A stretch of 64,000 nt of DNA, from the NCBI GenBank assembly GCA_035647455.1, contig DASRNI010000028.1, positions 202,736 through 266,735 of the forward strand, in the 5' to 3' direction. The translations under genes were made by a program, and so were the position numbers. Under the pieces are notes generated by a model. The model saw only the letters and a program-made list of their open reading frames with translations. It was not told the DNA's origin and did not search any database. Source of the DNA: Bacilli bacterium. GTDB lineage: Bacteria; Bacillota_I; Bacilli_A; RFN20; CAG-826. Below are positions 28,266 through 36,234 of the stretch, in pieces (position 1 is the first letter of the stretch; every line of letters starts with the position of its first letter).

Positions 28266-30265
28266 TGAGTCAAGAAAAACAAAAAGTTACAAAAAAAGAC
28301 TTTGTTCTTGTCCAGCAAGATAAAGCAATTTACGATTTAAAGTTTGAAACAAAACCAACGACATATTTAAAAGATGCAATGCGTCGTTTCGTGAAAAACA
28401 AATCAAGCGTTAGTGCAAGTGTAATTATTGGAATCTTAATTTTACTAGCAATTTTTGTGCCGATATTTAATAAAAGTAATATTGATATGGCGCAAACTGA
28501 ATTCCGTTTTCTCCCGCCACGTTGGCCGGGTTTTACAAATTCAAATGTTTTAAACGGTACGCGAGAATATAAAGATATCGTTACTGATGTTAGTGATCCC
28601 GAAAACCCACTACCAGTTGGTTTTAAACCAAATGCAATCGTTAGTGAAATTAAAACAACAGAAACAAAAACAAGTAGCTCAAGTGAGTACGCTTATGGTG
28701 GGCTTGTAAAAGTTGCAAGTGACCGTGCTGATCGCGACTTATATTGGCATTATGCGAACTTTGTCGAAGTTGCTTCGTTTGATCCGCAGGATGATGCTGA
28801 TTATGTAATCACGATTAATTTGCCAGAAGCAAATAATGTCGATGGTTATTATGAAGTTTATGCGTCATTTATTTTTAAAGATGACGATATCCCCTTAACG
28901 CAAGAAGAACATAACAATAACCCGGATGAAACAGTGTATTTACCAATTATTGAAAAAACAAACAATTACGGTATTACGACGGTTTCGCTTTCCGATGTCG
29001 TTATGGCCGAGATTGACGCTAATGATCTCGCAAAAACAGTTTATGCAAAAATTGGTGTTAAAGTTTTTAAAGATGTACGCGAAGAAAAGCGTCAAGACGT
29101 TTATATTAAAGAACTTTCCGTGACGAATAAAGCGGCAAATGGCGCTGAAGATACGACATTTAGCGAACATAACTTCGATGAAGGTAACGAACTATTATTA
29201 CGTCGAATCGATGATGAAAAAAACTTACGCAAAAAGTATGAATATAAAATTGCGCGCGGTAGTGTTGGTCGTTATTCGTTATTTGAAGCAACAATTGTTC
29301 GTTCAAGTTTTACATATGACCCGTACGAAGCAGTGTACGGACCGGTTCATAAAGTTGTACCAAAAGACGAACTTGATCTTTGGGTTGAGTTAGGCTACAT
29401 CGAATATACGACGACTGAATATATTGAGAATGGTCGGCGGATGTTAGATGTTCAATTCAATAACTTAAGTGATAAGTCGCCAGTTATTGAAATTATTAAT
29501 GGTGAAGTAATTGGTGCTTTAGGTAAAACCGCAACCGAGTTCGTGATGATTGTTTCTGGTTACCGTTATCAAGGTCTTGATGCGGTGCCTTACTATATTT
29601 TTGGCACAAACCAAAAAGGTCATGATTACTTTAAAGTTATATTCTCCGGCTTACGCACTTCACTAATTTTAGGGATCAGTGCTGCAGCGATTAATATTTT
29701 AATCGGTTTAGTCTGGGGTGCTGTAAGTGGTTATTACGGTGGTACCGTTGACTTAGTCATGGAACGCTTCACCGAGATTTTAGGGGGAATTCCGTGGATC
29801 ATTATTATGACACTCGCAATTCTTCATTTAGGAAACTCGTTTGAAGTCTTCTTATTAGCATTAATCTTAACGGGTTGGATCGGTATTGCGGCGACAACAC
29901 GAAGTCAGTTTTATCGTTACAAGCGGCGCGAATACGTTTTAGCAAGTCGCACTCTCGGTGCAAGTGACCGTCGCTTAATTTTCAAACATATTTTACCGAA
30001 CTCGATTGGACCAATCGTCACCGGAGCGGTCTTAATGATTCCGGGCATTATTTTTAGTGAAGCAACAATTTCATATTTAGGGCTTGGTTTACAAGGCTTA
30101 CATAGTATGGGGGTTGCGCTTAGTGAAGTCCAAGAATACATTTATACGAGCCCGTTCTTAATTGTTTCCGGTTCAATTGTCATTGCATTGCTCTTAATTT
30201 CCTTTAACTTATTTGGTAATGGACTCCGCGATGCATTCAATCCTTCATTGAAAGGAAGTGAATAA
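28265..30265 (+). CDS. oppC: Oligopeptide ABC transporter permease with very large extracytoplasmic insertion
   Basis: 666-aa ORF. The C-terminal ~220 aa are a normal OppC core (ASRTLGASDRRLIFKHILPNSIGPIV). Between TM1 and the core lie about 390 aa of hydrophilic sequence. The ATG overlaps the oppB stop (TAATG). Confidence 0.85.
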   Translation: MSQEKQKVTKKDFVLVQQDKAIYDLKFETKPTTYLKDAMRRFVKNKSSVSASVIIGILILLAIFVPIFNKSNIDMAQTEFRFLPPRWPGFTNSNVLNGTREYKDIVTDVSDPENPLPVGFKPNAIVSEIKTTETKTSSSSEYAYGGLVKVASDRADRDLYWHYANFVEVASFDPQDDADYVITINLPEANNVDGYYEVYASFIFKDDDIPLTQEEHNNNPDETVYLPIIEKTNNYGITTVSLSDVVMAEIDANDLAKTVYAKIGVKVFKDVREEKRQDVYIKELSVTNKAANGAEDTTFSEHNFDEGNELLLRRIDDEKNLRKKYEYKIARGSVGRYSLFEATIVRSSFTYDPYEAVYGPVHKVVPKDELDLWVELGYIEYTTTEYIENGRRMLDVQFNNLSDKSPVIEIINGEVIGALGKTATEFVMIVSGYRYQGLDAVPYYIFGTNQKGHDYFKVIFSGLRTSLILGISAAAINILIGLVWGAVSGYYGGTVDLVMERFTEILGGIPWIIIMTLAILHLGNSFEVFLLALILTGWIGIAATTRSQFYRYKRREYVLASRTLGASDRRLIFKHILPNSIGPIVTGAVLMIPGIIFSEATISYLGLGLQGLHSMGVALSEVQEYIYTSPFLIVSGSIVIALLLISFNLFGNGLRDAFNPSLKGSE

Positions 30266-30266
30266 A

Positions 30267-31868
30267 ATGAAAAAAGATAACGTCGTCCTAAGTGTTCGTG
30301 ACTTAGCGATTTCCTTTTCAACGGATCATGGTCGCTTACAAGCCGTCCTAGGTGTTGATTTTGATTTATATAAAGGTGAAGTGCTCGCAATCGTTGGTGA
30401 AAGTGGCTCGGGTAAAAGCGTGTCTGCGAAAACGATTATGGGTATTCTCCCGAATAACGGCCGAATTGATGCCGGTGAGATAATTTACGAAGGTGAAGAT
30501 TTAGTTACCGTCAGTGAAGAAGAGTTCCACCGCATTCGTGGGAAGAAAATCGGGATGATTTTCCAAGACCCACTTTCAAGTTTAAACCCAATTATGCGCA
30601 TTGGTAAGCAAATTACCGAAGCAATCATTATTAATGGCGATAAACTTAAATTACTTTATGAAGACTTAATTGCGCCGGCAAATATTGCATATCGCAACGA
30701 ACAAACACGTTTCCGTCGCATTATTAACGATCATAAGTTTGTAATTCAAACACAAAAAACTGCGGCAAAACTCGAACTTGAAAAGCTTTTTGAAGCGTAT
30801 GAATTTGCCGTCCATCAAATTCGTGAAGCTGCCGCTAAAGAAGGCATGGCAAAAGAAGATATTGCCAAAAAAATAAGTGCTGAAAAAGCTAAGTATCGAG
30901 AGCAAAAGCAAGCACTTAAAGCTAAACACCGTGAAGCAGCAAAGAAATTGCATGCCGAACATCGCGAACTTGTCCGCAATGTGAATGCTGAAAAGGCGCC
31001 AATTTTAAAAGAATTACGGGCCAAATTAGCTGTTGCGAAAAAAGAAGCGAAAATTGAAGTAAAAGCTCATCGCGCAAAACTTAAAGAAAATTATAACGCT
31101 GAAGTTGCAGAAATTTTAGCTAATACGCCGGAAGAAGAACAAAAAGCCGCTGTTAAAGATGCTAAATCACGTTATCAAGAGCAAATAAGAATTACACGTG
31201 CGCGCGCGCGCGAAATGGCGCTTGAAGTGATGTATGAAGTTGGGATTCCGCAACCAGAACGACGCTACCGTCAGTACCCGTTTGAGTTTTCTGGGGGAAT
31301 GCGCCAACGAATTGTTATTGCAATTGCGCTTATTCAAAACCCTGACGTCTTAATTTGTGACGAGCCGACAACGGCACTTGACGTTACTATTCAAGCACAG
31401 ATTCTTGAATTAATCTTACGACTTAAACGTGAACGTCAACTTTCCGTTATCTTTATTACGCACGACTTAGGTGTTGTTGCGAATATGGCTGACCGTGTCG
31501 CAGTAATGTATGCTGGGAAAATTGTTGAATTTGGCAACGTTGAAGAAATATTTTATAACCCGCAACATCCATACACATGGGCGCTCTTATCAAGTATACC
31601 TGACGTTGATAGTAAAGAACGACTTGAAGCGATTCCAGGAACACCACCAAACATGGTTTACCCACCGATTGGCGACGCTTTTGCTTTACGTAGTAAATAC
31701 GCAATGGCGGTTGATTTCAAAGAAGAACCACCATTATTTAAAGTTTCCGAGACGCATTACGCGCGGACGTGGTTACTTGATCCCCGTGCCCCAAAAGTTG
31801 AAATGCCCAAAATCGTTACCGAACGAATTCGTATTTCACTAGAAAGAGCAGGTAAGGAAAATGAGTGA
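30267..31868 (+). CDS. oppD: Oligopeptide ABC transporter ATP-binding protein with ~180-aa Lys/Ala/Glu-rich helical insertion
   Basis: Walker A GESGSGKSV, Q-loop IFQDP, signature FSGGMRQRIVIAIAL and Walker B LICDEPTTALD. ATG at 30267 follows RBS AAAGGAAG; the listed GTG at 30258 is less likely. Confidence 0.9.
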   Translation: MKKDNVVLSVRDLAISFSTDHGRLQAVLGVDFDLYKGEVLAIVGESGSGKSVSAKTIMGILPNNGRIDAGEIIYEGEDLVTVSEEEFHRIRGKKIGMIFQDPLSSLNPIMRIGKQITEAIIINGDKLKLLYEDLIAPANIAYRNEQTRFRRIINDHKFVIQTQKTAAKLELEKLFEAYEFAVHQIREAAAKEGMAKEDIAKKISAEKAKYREQKQALKAKHREAAKKLHAEHRELVRNVNAEKAPILKELRAKLAVAKKEAKIEVKAHRAKLKENYNAEVAEILANTPEEEQKAAVKDAKSRYQEQIRITRARAREMALEVMYEVGIPQPERRYRQYPFEFSGGMRQRIVIAIALIQNPDVLICDEPTTALDVTIQAQILELILRLKRERQLSVIFITHDLGVVANMADRVAVMYAGKIVEFGNVEEIFYNPQHPYTWALLSSIPDVDSKERLEAIPGTPPNMVYPPIGDAFALRSKYAMAVDFKEEPPLFKVSETHYARTWLLDPRAPKVEMPKIVTERIRISLERAGKENE

Positions 31869-33156
31869 TAAGAAAATTGATAATAATATTGAATTAGTTG
31901 AAGAAAAACCTGTACGTGAGCGTCGTCAAACAAAATTCAAACAAGAATTAGTTGACGAAGATATTATTTTAAGTGTTCGTCACTTAAAGCAATATTTCAC
32001 AAGTGGCTACGGCGCGAATAAGTTCCGTAATAAGGCAGTTCACGGCATCTCTTTTGATATCAAAAAAGGCGAAGTGTTTGGTCTTGTTGGTGAATCAGGT
32101 TGTGGTAAAACAACGACAGGACGCAGCATTATCCGGCTTTATGACATTACTAGTGGTAGTGTTTACTTTAAAGGTCACCGCATTAACGCTGGGTCACGCT
32201 GGAACGAAAAAGAAATTAAATGGAAACGCATTCGTGCGCGGAAGAAAATTAAAGAGCTACGTGAACAAATGCGGATTGAAATTAGTGAAATATATAATGA
32301 AGACCAAGAAAATATGCACGAAATTGTCGCAAATATTGAACAACGTTTTGAAAGTGAAATTAAAGCGATTCAAGAAGAAGTTGATGAAATTGTTGCAGTT
32401 CAAAAAGAAAAAATTAAACAAATTAAGTTTGATAACGCGAACGTTGATCCGGATATTATGAGCAAAATGCAAATGATTTTCCAAGATCCGGTTGATAGCT
32501 TAAATCCACGGATGACGGTTGAAGATATTATTCAAGAAGGTCTCCAAATTCAAGGATTTAAAAATCGTGAAGAAAATTCCAAAAAAGTCGTTGAAGCTTT
32601 AGAAAGAGTGGGCCTTATTGCCGACTATGCTTCGCGTTATCCGCATGAGTTTAGTGGTGGTCAGCGTCAACGTATTGGCATTGCCCGTGCGTTAATTATG
32701 AATCCAGAACTAATCATTGCTGACGAACCAATTAGTGCGCTTGACGTCTCAATTCGTGCGCAAATTATTAACTTACTTAATGATTTACGGAACGAATACG
32801 GTCTAACAATCTTATTTATCGCCCACGATTTAAGTGTTGTTAAATATTTCTGTGATCGGATTGCTGTGATGTATTACGGCGTTATTGTTGAATTAACAAC
32901 GAGCGACGAATTATTTAAGCATCCGCTCCATCCATATACGAAAGCGCTCCTTAGCGCAATTCCTAAGCCTGATCCACTTTCCGAAAAAGTCCGGCAACGT
33001 GTTACATATAACCCTGTAACCGCGCATGATTATAGTAAAGAGAAACCAACTCTCCAAGAAATCTTACCTGGACACTTCATTCTCGCAAATAGTGCGGAAA
33101 TGGAGCAGTATCGTGAAGAAATAGCGGAAATAGATCGCGCTGCCGCTGAAAAATAA
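31861..33156 (+). CDS. oppF: Oligopeptide ABC transporter ATP-binding protein with ~70-aa charged insertion
   Basis: 431-aa ORF with Walker A GESGCGKTT, Q-loop IFQDP, signature FSGGQRQRIGIARAL and Walker B IIADEPISALD. Overlaps oppD by 8 nt. Confidence 0.9.
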   Translation: MSDKKIDNNIELVEEKPVRERRQTKFKQELVDEDIILSVRHLKQYFTSGYGANKFRNKAVHGISFDIKKGEVFGLVGESGCGKTTTGRSIIRLYDITSGSVYFKGHRINAGSRWNEKEIKWKRIRARKKIKELREQMRIEISEIYNEDQENMHEIVANIEQRFESEIKAIQEEVDEIVAVQKEKIKQIKFDNANVDPDIMSKMQMIFQDPVDSLNPRMTVEDIIQEGLQIQGFKNREENSKKVVEALERVGLIADYASRYPHEFSGGQRQRIGIARALIMNPELIIADEPISALDVSIRAQIINLLNDLRNEYGLTILFIAHDLSVVKYFCDRIAVMYYGVIVELTTSDELFKHPLHPYTKALLSAIPKPDPLSEKVRQRVTYNPVTAHDYSKEKPTLQEILPGHFILANSAEMEQYREEIAEIDRAAAEK

Positions 33157-33157
33157 A

Positions 33158-33544
33158 ATGTTACCTAACCAAAAAAGGCAACTTTTAAAAACAATCACAC
33201 TCTTTTTTGTAAATGCCTTTTTGTTAAGTGTTGTCTTGCTCATTAAGAAGGACTTTACTCTTCGTGGTTTTAGTGATGCCGCTTTTATTAGTGGTGCAGT
33301 TTTATTTCTTTTTGGTTTATTAAAACTACTTGCGACTAAAGGCGCTTACGATTATATTGGCTATACGTTTATTCGTTTCCGCGATATGTTTCGAAAAGAT
33401 GCGACTAAGTCGTATCCCGACGCTTATAGTTATGTCGAACACCGCAAAGAAGAGCGGCTCAAAAATAAAGAGAAGTTTTATCTCGAATTAATTATTCCAG
33501 GACTCTTTTTAATCGCCGCACTTATTCTCGCCTTATTAGCGTAA
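33158..33544 (+). CDS. Small membrane protein (DUF3899-like)
   Basis: 128-aa ORF with 3 hydrophobic segments and a central charged loop (FIRFRDMFRKD...HRKEERLKNKEKF). Starts 1 nt after the oppF stop. Confidence 0.45.
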   Translation: MLPNQKRQLLKTITLFFVNAFLLSVVLLIKKDFTLRGFSDAAFISGAVLFLFGLLKLLATKGAYDYIGYTFIRFRDMFRKDATKSYPDAYSYVEHRKEERLKNKEKFYLELIIPGLFLIAALILALLA

Positions 33545-33552
33545 TAAAAAAG

Positions 33553-33589
33553 CCCGTCGTCTTACTTTACGTAAAAATGACGGGTTTTT
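33553..33589. terminator. Bidirectional terminator between the opp operon and the convergent pgpA-like gene
   Basis: Stem CCCGTC / GACGGG with a long loop, flanked by an A-run upstream and a T-run downstream. Confidence 0.55.
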
Positions 33590-33608
33590 ATTTTGGTTTA
33601 ATTGTTAA

Positions 33609-34142
33609 TTAAAAGTTTTCTGCATCTTCATCAGCGTCAGCATATTTATGAGCGATTGAACTAGCAGCAGCAGCGGCAATTGCTCCAACGATATCATCTA
33701 AAAATGTGTTACAAACGTTATCGCCAACTTCAACATCAAGTTTACCGATAATTCCAGGTTTTGTTTTGTCAACAAAGCCAAAGTTTGTGAGTCCGATTGA
33801 ACCATAGACGTTAACGATTGACAACGCTAAAATTTCATCAACGCCAAAGAGACCGTAGTCGCGTAAAACGATGCTTGATAGTGGCTCACTTAGTTTTCCT
33901 TGTTCAGCAAGAATATCAAGCTCTAAACCGGTTAAAACAGCGTGTTGCACTTCGCGTTTCATAATAACACGACGAACATGGTCACGAACAATTTCCATTG
34001 TTAGCTGTGGCAAATATTTAATTTGCAAATTAAAAGTAATTTCCGCGATTGCTTCAAGTTCAACACCGCGTGATTTGAGTCGGTCAACAACGAGATCATA
34101 TTTTTTCTCATCGTTAAGCCGGTTTTTTTCTGGATGATACAT
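33609..34142 (-). CDS. Phosphatidylglycerophosphatase A family protein (YutG-like)
   Basis: 177-aa ORF. KREVQHAVLTGLELDILAEQGKLSEPL and GVDEILALSIVNVYGSIGLTNFGFVDKTKPGIIGKL closely resemble Bacillus YutG as I recall it. Confidence 0.7.
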   Translation of the reverse strand: MYHPEKNRLNDEKKYDLVVDRLKSRGVELEAIAEITFNLQIKYLPQLTMEIVRDHVRRVIMKREVQHAVLTGLELDILAEQGKLSEPLSSIVLRDYGLFGVDEILALSIVNVYGSIGLTNFGFVDKTKPGIIGKLDVEVGDNVCNTFLDDIVGAIAAAAASSIAHKYADADEDAENF

Positions 34143-34186
34143 ATTTAATTCTCCTTTTTATTTAGTTTACTATATTTATCATGAAC

Positions 34187-34217
34187 TTTTAAAAATAAAA
34201 TCCGCCGTGTGGGCGGA
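34187..34217 (-). terminator. Terminator downstream of tRNA-Gly
   Basis: Hairpin TCCGCC-GTGTG-GGCGGA. On the minus strand it is followed by TTTTATTTTT. Confidence 0.6.
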
Positions 34218-34231
34218 ATATTTCTAATTGC

Positions 34232-34305
34232 TGGAGCAGGTGACGGGAATCGAACCCGCGTATCTACCTTGGCAAGGTAGTGTTCTACCATTGAACTACA
34301 CCTGC
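34232..34305 (-). tRNA. tRNA-Gly (anticodon GCC)
   Basis: The reverse complement has acceptor GCAGGTG/CACCTGC, anticodon stem CTACC/GGTAG with loop TTGCCAA, T-arm CGGGTTCGATTCCCG and an encoded CCA. Confidence 0.92.
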
Positions 34306-34448
34306 AGTTGCGATTCTTAATATACCATTTGAATAATATTAAAGCAACACATTTTATTTAGAAAAACTGTTTTCACGTAGTGAACATTATGATTCACGCC
34401 TAAAATAAAGCTATATATGGTATATTAATAAAGAAGAAGGTGAACAAT

Positions 34449-36122
34449 ATGAAACGAAGAGAATTAGCCCATAAAATGTTTCCGGACATTAGTGATACGC
34501 TTAGTGACTTAGAACAAACTTATCCTAAGCGTTATTTGGAAAGGGGAGCGTACGTTACGCGCTTTGCGCCGTCGCCTACGGGTTTTCTTCACACCGGTAG
34601 TCTTTTTACTGCTTTAATTAGTAAAAGCGTAGCAATGCGTAAAAACGGCGTGTTTTTCGTACGGCTTGAAGACACGGATACGAAACGCGAAGTAGAAGGT
34701 GCGGCTGATTCACTTTTAAGCGATTTAGCGCTCTTTGGCCTTAATCCCGATGAAGGGTTTTTAGGTACAGAAGAAAAAGGGCTATACGGACCATATCGCC
34801 AAAGTGATCGTGCGGCAATTTATCGGACAGTTATTAAACAAATGATTGTTGATAATAAAGCTTACCCTTGTTTTTGCTCAAATAGTGATTTAGATAACTT
34901 ACGGAAGCGTCAAGAAAAAGAAAAAGTCGTTCCTGGTTATTATGGCCGCTATGCTAAATGTTCGACGTTAACAGTTGATCAAGCGTTGAAAAAAGTAAAT
35001 GCTGGTGAAGATTACGTTGTGCGTTTCCGTAGTAAAGGTAACCATCAAAACAAAATTGTTGTAAGTGATTTACTCCGCGGCGATATTGAGATTGCCGAAA
35101 ATGATCACCATATCGTAATTTTAAAAGGTGACGGTCTACCAACTTACCATTTTGCTCATCTTTGTGATGACCATTTCATGCGAACAACATTAGTAACACG
35201 TGGTGAAGAGTGGTTGAGCAGTTTACCATTACATGTTGAACTATTTAAAAGTATGAATTTTGATTTACCAAAATATGCACATTTGCCACTAATTAATAAA
35301 CTTGATGACGGAAAGAAACGTAAACTCAGCAAACGTTACGACGAAGAAGCGGCAGTTAGTTATTTCATTAATTTAGGTTATCCGCTAGAAGCAATTTTGA
35401 CGTACTTGATGAGCATTGCTAACTATAACTTTGAAGACTGGTGGCGAGTTAATAAACGCACTGACATTTTAAAGTTCCCATTTCAATTTGAAAACATGAG
35501 TTTAGATGGTGCTCTTTTCGATGTTGAAAAATTAAATTTCTTTGCCCGTGAATTTATCGCGGTGCTAACGGCCGAAGAAGTACTTGAACGGTTACGCGAT
35601 TTTAGTGAAGCACAAAACGATGAAAAACTTACTAAACTTATTACCGATAATGAAGCGTATTTTATTAAAATACTTAATATCGAACGTGGTGGTTTAAAGC
35701 CGCGTAAAGACTTTACATATTTCGCAGATATTTATGAACAAATCAAGTTTTTCTTTGATGAAGAATATTATCCGCTTTTTGATAACGTCGGTATTAACTT
35801 GTTTAATCCTAAATTTTCCAAAGAATTAATCATTAACTTACTAACTTCACTCAAAACGAATTTAGTGTACCGTCGTGGTAATGAAGTGTGGTTTGATTCA
35901 CTTAAAAAAGTTGCGAGTGCCTTCAACTTTGCCCTAACTGGTCGTGAATATAGAGCAAATCCAGCGTTATATCTTGGAATGACCGGAGACGTTGCCGAAA
36001 TGCTCCGAATTGCGATTGTAAGTTCGAAACAAAGCCCAAATATGTACGAAGTGCTAACTATACTTGGGAAAAAGCGTGTTAATGAGCGAATTGACTACGC
36101 AATCGAAAAATTATCAAAATAA
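34449..36122 (+). CDS. gltX: Glutamate--tRNA ligase (long form)
   Basis: Class I motifs FAPSPTGFLHTGSLFTAL (HIGH-like) and KLSKR. ATG at 34449 lies 8 nt after AAGAAGG; the listed GTG at 34440 is less likely. Confidence 0.85.
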   Translation: MKRRELAHKMFPDISDTLSDLEQTYPKRYLERGAYVTRFAPSPTGFLHTGSLFTALISKSVAMRKNGVFFVRLEDTDTKREVEGAADSLLSDLALFGLNPDEGFLGTEEKGLYGPYRQSDRAAIYRTVIKQMIVDNKAYPCFCSNSDLDNLRKRQEKEKVVPGYYGRYAKCSTLTVDQALKKVNAGEDYVVRFRSKGNHQNKIVVSDLLRGDIEIAENDHHIVILKGDGLPTYHFAHLCDDHFMRTTLVTRGEEWLSSLPLHVELFKSMNFDLPKYAHLPLINKLDDGKKRKLSKRYDEEAAVSYFINLGYPLEAILTYLMSIANYNFEDWWRVNKRTDILKFPFQFENMSLDGALFDVEKLNFFAREFIAVLTAEEVLERLRDFSEAQNDEKLTKLITDNEAYFIKILNIERGGLKPRKDFTYFADIYEQIKFFFDEEYYPLFDNVGINLFNPKFSKELIINLLTSLKTNLVYRRGNEVWFDSLKKVASAFNFALTGREYRANPALYLGMTGDVAEMLRIAIVSSKQSPNMYEVLTILGKKRVNERIDYAIEKLSK

Positions 36123-36234
36123 CCCGTTTTTCATGTTTTTTCCGACTAATTCCGCAAATTGAACGTAAATTGTGGACTTATTACTAATATTTAGATAAGA
36201 TTATAATATATTATAAAAAAAGGAAGGTGTTTTT

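Noticed and set aside
30666-31024. Antisense ORFs within the oppD insertion
   Set aside because: They are antisense to a Lys/Ala/Glu-rich coding tract, which naturally lacks stops on the opposite strand. They have no RBS and no recognisable domain.
32003-32484. ORFs 32003..32461 (plus) and 32257..32484 (minus) inside oppF
   Set aside because: They are shadow frames of the charged insertion region and are K/L/F-rich with low complexity. oppF itself has all the ABC motifs in its own frame.
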